Of a stretch of DNA of 64,000 bases, positions 26,801-41,113 are shown in pieces. The DNA is from Catajapyx aquilonaris (Eukaryota), in NCBI GenBank assembly GCA_000934665.2, contig KZ538141.1:1-64000 (forward strand), read 5' to 3'. The position numbers and the translations under genes are program-made. A model generated the notes under the pieces. The model did not search any database. It was not told the DNA's origin and worked only from the letters and a program-made list of their open reading frames with translations. The stretch's first letter is position 1. The number at the start of each line of letters is the position of its first letter.

Positions 26801-29800
26801 AAAAAAAAATCACAACCTTTTCTTTTGTGAAAGAAAAATACTGAACTAAATCAATGAACAGGTGTATACTTTGGCAATATTTCTCTCGCATGTCTACATA
26901 GATTGTGTTTTCAGGATTAATTGTGCTTCCTCGACTTTAGGCTCTTACAGATTTTCATTACTTTTTGCTTATTTGCTTTCTCGTGCTGCAATGAACAAGT
27001 TCAGAAGGATTAACCGGAATGAAAAGGCGCGTTTTCAATCTCTTTACAAAAGAAGACATGAACTTTTGTTAGCAGGAATGAAATATGCGGTATGTCCGTG
27101 TTTTTAGCGACGTTTTTCTGTAATTCCTTCAGCATGCTATAGTATAAAATATGCAAATCCCATTCTCTGATTTGCATGGCAAGAAGCTTATCCCCTCCCC
27201 CCAGCAGCATTATTCGAACCCAGCCGCGCTAAGTAGAAAATAAAAAGCAAAATATGGGCAGAATTATTTTCCGCTTGCTTTGTTTAACTCGAACCTTCTT
27301 TTTTGTTGTTGTTGTTGGGATGCGGAATCATAATTACTTTGTAGCAGTCGCAAAAAAAAAAAATGGAATTAAGTTGAGATTGGCAGTTCTTGTTGTCGGA
27401 GGAAGTCCTTGCATTTTAAATTAAATCCTCTTTTTTGGGGAGGTCTGGGTTAACGAAGCGTTTTGGGAGTTGCGACTGGGACCATGCAAATCGAAAGGAT
27501 TCTAGCCGAAAAAATGGCCGGAAAAAAGCAGCCGGCAGGGAATTGCAAGTCACGTGACCGAGTCTCATTATGCGACAAGATTTTGATGTACGCCAACTTT
27601 CCGGAATTGTCGTGTTGCTTCAACCCACAGTTATATATACCGAGTACCTGTCATTTTGACGTGAAGTGCGATCCGTCATATCAACAGACGAATTGGGCCT
27701 CCAGGATGATCAATCACGTCATGGATGCCAGGGTGCCATTGGGGTGACCGCAGGACCCGAAATTATGGCCCCCAGAGCGGAATCGCTCCCGGAAAATAAT
27801 TTCGGTTGTCGAAAACATTACACTTACCACCCGTATAATAAGTTGGCAACAATGATTTGGCGCGGACATAAATTGTGGGATTAAAAGTGCGGGCTTCGAG
27901 TTTTTTGCATTTGTGTGGGGGGGATCATGCAATTATGACATTTTAACGTGCCCCCGTTCCCTCTGTGGGCTTGATGCAAACCCCAATCGAATGCCATTCA
28001 AATTCATTTTTTTCCCACAGCCTGCTGGGGGTAATCCCCGACAAATACCCGCACAGTTGACGCACTTATTCCATCATTTTGTTCATTGGATTAATCTGCA
28101 TCCAAAAAATTATCACATTTTGCCTAAACGATTAATGCAGTGCAGGGGTGTACAAGACAGTTAGCAGCATATACATTATTGGCTGGTAATGACCGCATGA
28201 TCTCTATAGGCAAGTTGCAGAGACAAAATCTGGCAACACCGCGTCCTTTCCAGCAACGAGATAACCTATAGCGATCAATTTTCATACGTCCCAAGTGGCT
28301 TGTTACTTGTCTACCTAAACCTTCCGGCGTGAGTTTCCAAAGTGCGCCACCAATTACGTGATGGGGGTTGTTATCTGCTCGGAAAAGTGTGAAGTGTCCG
28401 CACACACACAAAAAAATGAGGGTGCGGTTGTGTAATATGTAGACACATGGTTAGAAGGAGAAAAAAAAATTACGTAAGCCATGGGACACCGATGGACCCA
28501 GCCGAATCGCCTGTCAACCTGGGATCCCAAGGGAGAAATGGATGGTAGACAGAAATGAATTCCTGCAAAACCACCAGCCTGCCATTTGTTGCGGAATATT
28601 TGCAAATTTTGCAACCTAATTTCATACATGGCCAGATTTGGCAGAGTTTTTGTTTTAAAGGCAGTAAAGACAATGCACTGGGAGTCGTTGTTGGATGTGG
28701 TGACGCGTGTTGTGGGACTAAACAGGTCTCCTTTCTCATTTCGCGCCGCCTTTCCATTAACGGCGCTAATATTATGACAAACGGCAATATTGCAATGCTC
28801 GCAATGTTCTTTCGCCAAATAAACCTGGGGACTGGGAGTATTGTATGACGCACAAACGCCAAGGTGCATATCGGTGTCATCTGTTGACTGTGGGCATCGC
28901 GACGAACGTCCGGGCAGTCCGTTGCTGAACGGACCTTGCGAAGATCAATCAGAGCAGACAAACACGACGGAGCTCAGATGTCGGTATAAAAGTGTTGTCA
29001 CAGGACTTGGGTCCAGGCGTCGTCGGCGTCGTTTGGGATGGGGAAGTATAGGGGGGAAAAGGATCTCACTTTACAATCGCGTCTTCGGCGTCTGTTTCGT
29101 CTCCTGGGGTGGGAAAACCTCCCACGCGATTGAGTGTCATCCCAGTCTTTCAAAAAGGGACGCTCCTTGACTCTGCCTTGACTATTATAGAGGATCGAGG
29201 ACGGAAGGAGCCGGAATAACTGACAAGCTCAAGGACTGAATGAAAATAGACGCTGTCGTAGTGGCTGGTAATCCACGTGGTAGAGCGGGTCTCGTTTGTG
29301 TGTTGGAAATGACCACTGTTTCCATGAGTGCAGCAGTACATCGTTTTACCCAGGTCCTTACGCTTTTCCGTCCCCAGCCATCACGCCTTTATCGACGCGA
29401 TTCAAAGCAAATTCTTGCTTTGGGAGTTCACTCTCGATCTGCTTTTGATGTCGTTCCCCATTTGTTGAGGCATCAGCGTCCGGGAGGCCCGCAAACGTAA
29501 ATCGCTCGTTTCCCTCACAGACCAGCAATAACGGTGCACGGGAAAATATGCAGATGCCACCGGGCGTACTTTTTTATCGGACTTGTTGTCTCAGTTGTGC
29601 CACGTGCTAATGATGGAAGCTTTAATTACACGCACTTTGAAGTAGCTTCCTTGCGGTCTTCTGGAAAACTGGTGAGGCGTCGTCCCACCACGTCCACCAC
29701 GTCCAGGACGAAAAGTGGCCGTTTCCAGGTCGTTAGGACGGAGTTGGACCCTCGGGGGAAGGCGCCAAACGGGTCCATTAAACTCCTGCTCATCACATTT

Positions 29801-31397
29801 ATCCGGGACTTGATAGTATACCCGGGGACACAGTTGGGCCGGATTTCAGTCGAATCTGCCTTCTTCCGGAACAGCTGGACTGGAGGCAGCACCTGACTAA
29901 AAATGTTTCTCCTCAAAACACTGTGGGTTAGGTCAGTAGGCCACACGTTAATTATTATTCAGCGAGTGCTTTTTGGGTTCCTGATCCATCCTGTATGGGG
30001 ATCATTATTCGGGCATCCTGGTGGCTTCTTGCATGTTCAAAGGGGCTTCTTCGAGAGGACTATAAGCCCGTCATCACCGCAGCAGTATTGAGCTCCGGAC
30101 CAGATCCTTGCTCCTGGAGGAGGATTCACCTGATGCTGCTGGATTCATCTCCTGCTGGGTCGCGGGATGGATCGCTTTTCACCTGGAAATGTACTGCCCT
30201 CGAGTGGCCAGTCCGGCCGGCCATGTGAAAACCCACAAAGCTGGCCAGGTGCGCAACTCCGGCCAGCAGGTTATAGATTTTCATCCAGCAGGGGCTGCAT
30301 CCTACGTGAATTCATTGTCCGAATTTACATCGCCCGCCTACCTTTCTGGTTATTAATTGTGTTTATTTGACCCGCTTTTCTGTTGGGCTTAATTATATGG
30401 AGGATGATGCAGACTCGGGGAGTGAGTGAGCCTAGCTTTGCGCTGGATGCAACACCCACATCAATACCCTACATACGGAAAGACCAGTTAATTTAAAACA
30501 ATAAGCCCATTTTAATCGACATCACTTGCGACATCATCGGTCGGAAAACTCTTAACAATCATAACCTGAACATAACCATATATGACTAGATATATGTATG
30601 CATCAGGAGTATCAGGACGTAATAACGTTGTGCATAGTTGCATGAGAATTGTAGCATCATGCTGCCAAAACGTGGGAAAGAGTTGTTTACGTGTGATGCA
30701 CACTCCGTTTGCATAATATGAGAGCATGGAAAGCATTTACGGCTGGATGAAACAAAAAAATTATGTTCTGCTTTGTAAGTAATTTACAGTATATTATTAT
30801 GCTGAATAGAACATCCAGATTAGCAGCGCTTATTGGTGAATTCAAACGTCCCAGTGGTAGTTTCAGCCTTGTATAGTCTGCATGGGATCGAACTCTGAAC
30901 CCCCCGAGGGATGACCTCAACCCAGGGTGCTACAAAATTACACAGGAGCATTTTGAGCAAGTCTGCATGAATAATTTTGTTCGAGGCTTCGAGTTACAAA
31001 AGGTCCCAAGTGCAAAACTTGCCGCTGAACTTTTGTCATAGTTCAAAGTTTCAGAGGGTAACGTCATAAAGAGAGGCCCTTTTGCATATACGCTACATTT
31101 ATAGTAGCAGTCACTGGTTTGGGTGTAAGTTTGTGACTTACTGGCACTGTGCTCATCATTTCGTTTATGCGTCGCGGTTCAGGTAACACGCGCCATTATA
31201 AGCATCGTTGTAATGCCACATTCCTGTGATAATGTCGCGTTCATATGGTTATTATACCGTGTGGCATGGAATATTGCCACCAGTATTTTGCTCTCTTTGA
31301 AAAGCACCTTGAAACTCTCTGCAACGCTTTGTACACGATCCCTTCCAAAGGCCTTTTACTATCCTGGGACTAATACTGTCAAGCAAGTGCAACTCAC

Positions 31398-31419
31398 CTT
31401 TCTTCTTTCCACCGAACAT
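31398..31419 (-). CDS. KChIP: Candidate KChIP short alternative first coding exon MFGGKKK (alternatively a 69-nt phase 0-0 cassette, 31466-31398)
   Basis: ATG TTC GGT GGA AAG AAG AAA G|gtgagt: consensus donor, phase 1, giving MFGGKKK-A-EDDFDD. Confidence 0.45.
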
Positions 31420-33031
31420 GACGTGGTGAGGATGGGGGGAAGATTCCCGGAGGACGGAAGATGAAGCTAAGCTCCCGGCACTAATTAAGACTCACATCGA
31501 TGTCTGGGCGGATTTGGGCCAAACTCTTAAAACGAGTACCTGGAGGACCAAAAAAAGACACTCAGCGCCCTTGGAGAAAAGAGAATATAAGGGTTTTGGA
31601 GGAGTCCGCCTTCACTGAAGAAACGGGGGGGCATAAATTTTAAGATATTTTACTAATCCTGCAACGTTTTCAAAATGACGTCACGTTTCTTCCCCCTGCC
31701 CATTTCCTCTTTGTAGTTTCGTGTGAGAAGATCTTGGAAAATAGGAAGAAGAGGTTGGGGAGAGGGCGAGGAAAAAATATGTGATAGGAGGCCTCGGGGC
31801 GATACGTTTTCCCAGCTTCGCATCGACTTTTATGTGGACAATCGGATGAATCTCTTTTGTTGGTGCCAAGCTAAGCGTTCAGTCTAGAGCGGGGAATCTG
31901 GCCCGCTCTTGGACCCTGCCCAAATATTGAATAATGGAAAGGGGAGGGGGGGGGGGCGATTTTTTTCCGGTTGTGCTGGACCCTACTGGAAGGGGGCAGC
32001 ATCGTGCCAGGAAATGGTAAAACGGAGAAGAAACGTCGCTCAAATCAAATTTTTTGGGAGGACCGACTGGTTTTTCATTTTTTTGTGGGAGGCACGGAGA
32101 AACTCGATTACTTTGCTGGGCCACGATGGGGCTTAGGATCGAGAAGTTACGGAAATGGGGGAGGACTGCGATTCAGTTTGTCCTGGACACTTTCAAGGAC
32201 TTACGTAACATATCTCATGAAGGTTTTACGATGCTGATCTGCTGACAGTTTGATGGGTTTGGGTGCTAATGGAGCGAATGTTGTTGCAAAGCTGGATGCT
32301 CAGTCGCAATGTGAACATTCTTATTCGCAAAGAACGAATAAGCTAGGCAAACGGTTTCCATGAACTTGCTAGACTTCCTGAATGTATCGACAACAATAGG
32401 GCTAAACATGGTGCTGAGCACTCGCTGGGTAATCAAAAAAAAAAAGTTACGTGCCATTCCATAGAATTGCACTCGTACAATAGAATGCTGCCGTGTACCA
32501 TGCCGAGCACAAAGCATTTCTGTGTTGATGCGAATTCTAATAGACAATGGCGTTCCTCTCGGGGTCTAAATGGGTTGCTGGACTTTCTCGTTGTGTCGTT
32601 ACATTATTACACAGCTCCATCTACGGATCTGTTTCCCTGCGTCTTTCGCGGATTAACCTGTCGTGCAGTTGTTACAACACTAATTTGGGTACTCAACTGG
32701 ACTCTCAGGTAATTATTGCTCACTGCATGCTGCCTTTACCTACTTAAATGGTCTACTATACGGTGGTCTATAACATTTTTGTCGTCACCATTTCTCTCAG
32801 CATGTTAACCAGAACCTGTCAATAGCACGTTTTTAACATCATAACAGCTCTGACCACAAAAGACAACTAGAACATGCAATAATTTATATTTATAATTTTC
32901 ATGGAATGTTAGATGAATCCCAATTTTTAAAGCCATGATTTATTCACTGTACTGCTGAAGTTACGTTAAATCGATGATTTCACATTGTCGCCTGAAGTGG
33001 TGTCACACTGCAACTAGTAGCATTCAATCTT

Positions 33032-33051
33032 CATTACATTACATTACATTA
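33032..33051. repeat. (CATTA)4 microsatellite
   Basis: cattacattacattacatta read directly. Confidence 0.9.
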
Positions 33052-34575
33052 AAGGTCAACGTAGTGAACAACACGGTGCCTCAAAAACAGTACACTATGT
33101 CGTTGGTAGAAATGCAGTAGGCCTATTTGCATTGTAGGCACTGTAAATGTCATTGTCATTGTACGTCCGCTGAAGGTGTTTTTTTATTATTAAGGTACAG
33201 GTTTTATTCCTGTATGCAGTATACCTGACACGGTTATGTACCTTAAGCACAAAAAAATTGTGCGAATTTTAGTTCCAAAAGCATAATTAAGCCTCCCACA
33301 AATCCTACATCTAGTTACTTCAATCCTTTGCAGGGAGTAGATCCTGCACCGCAGCATAAATATTTTACAATGAAGCTGATTCAGCACATGAGCACTGAGG
33401 TAAAGTGCAACATGATCCCTGTGGCCTTTTTTTTGCGAGAAATTCCTCTCTATCACATTCCTAAATCACGGGGGTTATATTTAGCAAGTTAAGTACGGAT
33501 ATAATTACAAAGGGATAGGAGCAGAGGAGCTTCACCTCTTCTCTATTAAAATATTGAGTGTCCCACTCGTGATCATTTTAGCACTTTGCAGACAACAACG
33601 TGAAACGCCAATCTGCATTACATGTGGGAACGAAATCAGTGCGGAACAAGTTACCTGCCTTACAATTAGATACAATGCAGGCGGTCTATTTTTAGAGTCG
33701 GGATGACAGCGCGCTGTACAGTGCACAGTGTACTGTACTGCTTCGCTAATAAGGCGCACTCATATAGCGGCAGGAAGGGACGTCAACGCCCTCGCATTAC
33801 AGTAGTCGATGCAAAATATAAGTGAACTTTGCCCTACTCAATATTGGCAATTAGTCGCTATGTATTTTAATCTCTTTTTTTCGGCCTATGCTGTTTTTTT
33901 AGAGAGAGCGACTCAAGTTTCCACTGTTTAAGCTCATTACATTATAATCTCCTTAGAGCCCCACTTGAAATTAGACAAAATGATGACACTCGCATTTCAT
34001 TCTCTCTGTGGAAGATTATATGCAAACCATTTGTCGTCTGTGCCACAGTAGGATTTATTTTCAAATTTTCTTAATGGGCCTGAACTTTCAGTTTATAACT
34101 GAACCAACCTCATGTGGCAGTCTGAATAACCTGGGGTCGACCCTTTTGACCCGAATTTAACACATTTGGTTTGTAATACGGACTGACAAGTGCACATTGG
34201 CGGGAACTGAGCATCCAGCTGTTATAACCACATGGCATGTTCCGTAAGTCCTGAAACACCGAGATCGTGAACCCTTGGGAATGACTTGCCTGAATATGCC
34301 AATTCCGGAGATAAAATATCCGGAGACACAGGCGCTGGTGGTTCTTTTGATAAGATGCTGCTGGACCACAGAAGACACAACTTCTGTGCGAGAATGGACC
34401 TATTTTGCGTGGGCGTCAGGCAGCTAGATGCAGGTAGCAGCATGCAGAGATGAGAGCGGCAAACTGTTGCTCTGGGCAGATGGGTGTCTCCTTTTCCACT
34501 CGGTTTTCGGGGGCGGGTGGGCCACTGCCTCCTTGGACATGCGCGGGGATGCCCCCCTGAACCACCAAGGGATAC

Positions 34576-34821
34576 CCCCTTCCGGATACACCACCGGAGT
34601 CCACCTAACCGGAGGCGCGTGTCTACGCCCCCCAATTTTAAAGCCAGGATGCGGTCCATATATGTACAGCACCGCCGGGCGGCAGCACACGTGCGGACGT
34701 TACCGGCATCCAGCTCCATTATCGACATAATATGCTGGGTACGTGAGAGTATGCCTGTGACGTCACTCATTTCATCCGGAATGGTCGTGCCTCGAATCCG
34801 GGGTCCGGTTATTGCCATCTT
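34576..34821 (-). CDS. KChIP: Candidate KChIP N-terminal exon (246 nt; in-frame ATGs include 34818, 34728 and 34719)
   Basis: Acceptor ctctttattgattcag|AAG ATG; GC-rich open frame ...MSIMELDAGNVRTCAAARRCCTYMDRILALKLGGVDTRLRLGGLRWCIRKG; donor GGG|gtatcc in phase 0, matching the 14894 exon. Confidence 0.55.
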
Positions 34822-35275
34822 CTGAATCAATAAAGAGTCACGAATCTTTTTGCGATGCACTCGTGTAATAGCTCCGTTTTTTTCTGGTTATCTAAACATG
34901 CCAGACTGCGGCCTGGTAGCGCGTCTCGTAAATATTTGGCTCCAGTTTCACCGCAGATGTGAATGCTTGGGCCATTATGCGCTCTTTTAGAGGTGTATGA
35001 CACGGTTTCACGCGCTCAAATTTCGTACACTCATATTGCATCTGAAGGCATCGAGGGCGGAAGGTATTGAACCGTTTAGTATAGCGGAAGGGAAGCGGAA
35101 GCTATATTTAAATCCTGTTTACGCATCGGGTTAATCTTGGCCCGGGATGCTGCAGCAGAGGGCGGCGAATGAGTCCTCCGGCACACCACACTTGTCATGC
35201 CTCCTTCTGTCTCTGGCTTCCTGACAATCCGATGAGGAGATGAGCATCGTACCGTGGTGCCAAGAAGACAGGTAC

Positions 35276-35401
35276 CCACTGGCTGCAGGTGACAGACACG
35301 GAGCGACACCCAGCCGTGTCTCCTGCCCATTTGTATTTTTCCTTTTCTTTCTTTCGCTGGAATAAATCCCTGCTGGTCCGTCGTACAGGTGGACACTTCA
35401 T
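35276..35401 (-). CDS. Possible first exon upstream of the 34.8-kb exon (coding or 5'UTR)
   Basis: MKCPPVRRTSRDLFQRKKEKEKYKWAGDTAGCRSVSVTCSQW|gtacct is phase 0 and in frame with the 34821 acceptor, but the donor is weak. TATAAAA (35414-35420) and an Inr-like TTAGTC lie just upstream on the minus strand. Confidence 0.25.
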
Positions 35402-38400
35402 TTCACTCGAATATTTTATAGGTGCAGTCCGGTGCAGACTAATAAGGTCGGATGATTTATAGCTGGACGATTAAAGCCAGTCAATGCGTCACTGGGCCAA
35501 TCCAGCCGGACTACTACTGGCCAAGTGCCTTGTGCTCAGAGCGTGTGGTTTATTTGACAGGCGAGGATTAACTGCGAGGTACCGTCACGTCAGAGGCCAT
35601 TTGTCAGCCCTCTATGAATGGAGATATCGACATGTCATAAGCTCGGACAGAGTGCTTCACACCTGCATGAACGAAGATCCACTTTATATTTTTCATATTG
35701 TCACCTCGCTTCATTGGTCTTCATTCGGCGGTGGTGCAAAATTTTAACATCGAATACCACAATATAGATATAGATTGTCGACCAATACATTGAATTGGAA
35801 ATCGATCGGGTTTGGTCTTATTTGCAAATCGGTCGGTCACATTTGTGTACTCGTATATAACAGAATTGACATATCGACAAATCGAGCATTGATAGCTGCT
35901 GTGTAGGTGTCGAGAAAACGCACACAGTGATTGCTGTACAATTACTGTAATTGAAACTATTGAGAGGGAAGACCATGGCCAGTGAATTTTAGAGAATCTG
36001 ACGAAAAATCAACGGGAATCCACTGCATGTGACGTAATCTAGTCCTATACGTTTGAATCCGGGGGGGGGGGGGGGGNNAACATGTGTAAGCCAGGAACAA
36101 GGCCTTGATAATCCCCAGGAGTCGCCAAAATTAGAAACCATGAATCAGGCTGGATGAGCTCCTCCCTTTGTAACGATGATCCCTGATGATCCGATTGAAA
36201 GCTACCCAAAATCCAGGGTCCTCCGGGATAAGATCCCAGTGTTATAGATACTGTGCTGTATATTATTTAAGCAAAGGAGTGCATATTGGCATTTTCCATC
36301 CTTCTATTAAATCTGCGAGTCCCAAAGTGGAGGTTGCACCGTCTCATGGGGAACATCCATTAAAACCGGGTTTACATTAAAACGGATGGCCCTGCGAGTT
36401 TTGGTGGTGCGGGAAGTAAAGGAGATCTTGTCTGATAGCATCAGGTTATGGGTCTCCGTTGGCCCTGGATCCGGATTATCCCAAGGACTATCCACCGAAT
36501 CTTGACTGAAGGCAAAGGATTGCGCCGGATTGCGCATTCACAGGGTGTCTCAGAGAAACTGATGCATCGAAACATTTCTGCACAGTTTGATCAGAAACTG
36601 ATGGAAGCAAAAATTAGTTGCCTGTTTCTTATATGTTTACGGGGGACATCTATGCGTACTGGAGTTTCTCGTGAATTTTTAAAGGTGAAATGCCATGGAG
36701 CAGTGGAAGGATTGAGTGAGCCATCCTGTAGCTATATAGTCTCCAGTCGATCAGGATGCATCGGGGGTGATTGATGACCGGTGGTAACGATACCGCCCTT
36801 TTCTTTTCCGATGGGATGAATAGTATGGGTGGCCTCCAACTTTTCCCTGTTTTTTTCTCCGTTTTCCTCCGCTTTCCGGCCTGCGAAATGGATGCTGTTT
36901 ATCGGCAGGTGCGCTGAAAAACTAATTAGCCGTCGTGATGAATAAAGCCGGCTTTTATGCACGGGTCCATTTCATGGCTGGAGGTATATCTATCCCAGGG
37001 ATGTATAGAGAGAATCGTGTTGATGTGATGAGCTCCAAAGTGCACGAGATATTGATTTGCGTGAATCTAACTGATGGAAGTGAATCGGCTCCATACATAC
37101 TGTATACACCAAGGGAAACCAGTTGTGTCTATACAGCCTTGGAAAGTTTCGGAGTGGGCTTTAATTAACGGAATCACCCGACACCAGCTTGCTTTTCCAG
37201 CCGAGTCAACTTTGCGGACAGTTTTGCCAATGCAACCCGAACCCCAGGGATGACATAATCCGAATGCGGCTTTCGACGTTCATTCTTGTGGCCCACTTTG
37301 ACCCCTGGAGGCCTCGACCGTGACCACAACGTCGCAAGAGCATAAAACAGGCAATTAAACCCGATTAGAGTGGTCCCATCCGCCTTGATGTAACAAAGGA
37401 CCCTTCGCAAAATTTTCATGACGGAAATTGGCTGAGTGAATTAAGCGCCATCTCTTCTGGCCCGGAACCAGCCCCTGACTTGCCCTCTGATTTACACTCA
37501 GTAAAAACCAAGTCAACGCCTTACAACTCATCTTGGATATGGTCCAGACTTGGTTCCCACTGACCTACTGACCTCTGGAGAAGGTGCGACCTTGGCCATT
37601 TCTGCGAGTTGGCCCGATCATCTCATTATTCCCCGATGTGGTGACGCTATATCAGAAGGTCCTTTTGAGACACCTGGCGACGACGTATTTTGCGCCTCTT
37701 TTTTTTTTTTTTGGAGGGAAAGCACTCAATAATCCCTGAGGTGGGTCGACCATCGGAGCTGGAGAAAAAAAAAGTCTGGCCTGTCGATACCTGTGAATAA
37801 TGGAGATGCGAAGAGGCATGGAGTCGCCCCCCGAAAATAGCAGTGGTTCAACGTCAGTGGCCATCCGGGGACCACCCCAAAATTGGGCTCGGGTCTGATG
37901 GAAAAGGGAATTGCCAGAAGCGCAGGTCAGATTCAACCGGATCCGATATGCTGACCTTTTGTTTCTCGTTATTATCAGCATGATTCCGAAGCTCTTGGAA
38001 AGGAGATGGAGGGAAAAATAATGCTGGATGCGGTTGGAAATTGAAGCGGGCTTCCTGTTTGGCCCCATTCCAGCCATTTCCGTTTTCTTTTTTCCCTGGC
38101 CAAACTGCTGGAGAGTATGAAGAAGAAGGAGGCTTTGGACCTTTGCTTTTCAGGCTCGGCCGAACCGGGAAGAAATGTGGACTGGCATGTAGCCGAATCG
38201 TTCAAATTCATTTCCGGCGCGAAAAGGAGTGTTGGCCCAGTCCTAAAATGCTGGGCGGAAAAGTAAGGTTGCAAAACGAGTGGAGTGTTTGCATTTATAA
38301 TGCTAATGCAGTTGCTGGTGTGGGTTATAATTCATAAGCCGAGGGGATTGTTCACGACGTGCAATTAATGCGGAGTAGGGCCTATCAACTCCATTCCACT

Positions 38401-41113
38401 TCACCTCTATAGTTCGCTAGTGCCGCTAGTTAATTAATCTGGCTGTGTTAACTTCAGCAGTTATTAACTGTATACACCTGCAGTTTGTGCCACCGGATTA
38501 TTTCCGGGACGTCTCCCCACTAAATAACAAACATTCCACAGCTGAAGGCATTCTTGTATACGCGACACTGGAACAGACGGGGGCGGCACCAGCAGTTGTC
38601 GGGGGACAAAAATGGGAGTCGGTCTTTTGCTCTTTATTCGTTCTTCTATTAGAAAATCGCATAACTCTGCAAGTCCAGCGGTGGACATATTGACAAGGCT
38701 CCAGTGAGAATGGGGTCACACAGCAGGCTTTTGTCTGGGTTGGAAGATAGATTAGAGCTGGTGGAGTGGGCGGGGGCACGCCTGTCACCCTGCTTATGAA
38801 AAAAAAAAGACAAAGAAATTCAGTCCCCTCCAAAAAAACTCAAAAGAGTAGGATTTGGAAAGGAAAGGGCCTTTGGTTATATATACACTCTCCTTGAAAA
38901 GATGCACGGGTGAATAGACCTGCAACGGTTTTGCCTTGATTGATTGAGACGTGTAAAAATCGACGTGTTTTTCCTGCAGATATCATTTCTCAAGCGCCTT
39001 GGCAGGATCGGTTTTTTGGCTTCTCGTCCGCTGCTGGCCCGTATATACATCGGCTTAAAAGGAAGCCCTGACGTGTATCATCAGGAAGGATGGGGATCCG
39101 GGTTGACACCGGATTCACCCGGGTAGCAAATATTGTTGCGCGTCAGACCCAGCGGTGAAAAGAGTATCACGTAACTCACGTCGTCATCTCTTCCGAAACA
39201 ATTTTGCCATTATTTCCGTCGATAACAACAGATCTATTATAGAAGCGGCTGTCATAGCTCGTTTCACGGAAGAAAATCATCTGTCTGTTTCTGAATTCCG
39301 GTCGCAGTTTCCGGAACTTGTTGGTCCACAAGGAACAATTAAAATGCAGGAAGGCCTGCGTTGGCAGTGGTCCTGATGCTGCGGCTAAAATTCATCGCGA
39401 AAGGAATGCTGCCATATCTCTTCCGGGGGGCCAGAATCCGGAGATGGCAGTCGGTTCTATATGTCTACAACACCGCCTTTTGGAGGCTGGGCTGCATGTG
39501 AGCATCAGCAGACTTGCCCCCCCTATATATGAAACTTCAGGCTGGATTTACCGGGCTCTGCTGGCTTGGTTATTCCCCAAAATTTCCTCCCCGTGGCGGA
39601 GTCAGGGTGAATAACAGGCCGGGTAATTAATTTTCACGCCTTCTGGACACCACCCCACGGACAGACTATACTCTACACCTCCCGGAGGCTGCGGTGTTAA
39701 AGAGGATATGGCCGGAGACGACTCTCTTCATTCGCAATGCAAGGGCAATGTGAATGTGCCACATTGCAAAACCATTGTGCAGAAGGAATCCGCCCAAAGT
39801 AAACTATGCTTAACCACACAAGAACGAATAATTGCAATGTCAGTATTTTCTGCTGTATGAATATTGCGATTTATGCACCTTTTTGAGAATCGTAAGATGA
39901 CCGAAAATAACTTCATTTGTTCAGCTTGAGAGTTACGGACCTTATCATCATTTTCCGGAGCTTCACTGTGCAGGTTGGCTAAACAAGATAGCCAGGTTAT
40001 ATTAATGGGGAGCCAGGTTGTCATGCACGTGTAGGAATCCGACACGAAAAGGGCCACCGGAAAAACGGCTGGTTTAGTGCCAACATTGTAGTAAAAGATA
40101 TCAGATTCTCGGGATGCCAGAGGCCAACGCTTTGATTAACTTGTCACGCGAGGAGGCCCAAACTCTCCCATCATAAGTTTTAACGCGTCACTATGATGGA
40201 TGTGAAACTGCGAATATTGCCTGGCCCGCCCACGTGTTTTGTGCACAGGGTGTTTCTGAATTTTTTCCTTAAAACGTGAAACATAGCTCCACTTCCAAGT
40301 CTTGCACAATCAGGGTTGATCTTGTAGAAAATAATGTACTGGAAGTGCACCAGTGTTATTATAAATAATCCCTTAGAGTGCGTCTTTCTTTGGGGGACAA
40401 TATCGTGCTGTATACAGGGAGGGCCGGAAGAAATTTCCAGGGAGGCATGTTCTCCGGACCGTAACGAGAGGCTGTGCTCCACTGGAGACTATCGGAGAAA
40501 AGGGAATGGTCTCTCCGAGTATACAGCCAGATTTATTTACTGCTCGGCCCTTCCATACAGCCAGCAGCAGGGCCAGAGAAATGCGCAGTTATCCTTGCCC
40601 GCAACCACTTGTATAAATCGCCGAAAAGTTGAAATGGTTCCGGCCACCACCACCGGCCTGTACTTGTCACGGGGACTCGACCTAGGGGGGCCATTTGTCC
40701 CTTTTGTGTATAGGAAGAGGGGGGGGGGGGGAAATATTGGCGACAATTCGGGCTGGAACCGACTCATTTCTCATTCCGTATTATTTGTGCTCGTACTTAC
40801 AAGAGGCGCCCAATTACGCATTGTTCATACAACCGGACCTTGGGTGTGTGACCTTGCACAAATGGGCGTGATTTGCTTATCCCGTTGAGTGCATTGGTCT
40901 GTCAAATGGTCCGCGTGTCACCTGCTTGCTCGAATTAAAATGCATCTTCCTGCTCCTCCCCCGCCCCTCCCACCTTTTCCCACCTATCTCTGCTCAACAC
41001 AGTTGTCATTGTGTAGTGAGAGTGCAAGTGCAATAGATGCAATGACCCCAGTGCCTAGTGACAACAGGTGGGGGTTCTTTAGTTTCATTGGTTTCACCAA
41101 CAGTGCATCCGGG

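Noticed and set aside
27828..27869. MSAPNHCCQLIIRV followed by gtaagt (phase 0, minus strand)
   Set aside because: Short ATG-plus-donor pairs are expected by chance in ~40 kb, and there is no other support.
30875..30935. GTTCGATCCC B-box-like motif on the minus strand (tRNA or SINE)
   Set aside because: Poor A box, no cloverleaf and no second copy seen.
34222..34575. 3' part of the 212-aa minus-strand ORF
   Set aside because: Better explained as read-through past the donor at 34576 into intron.
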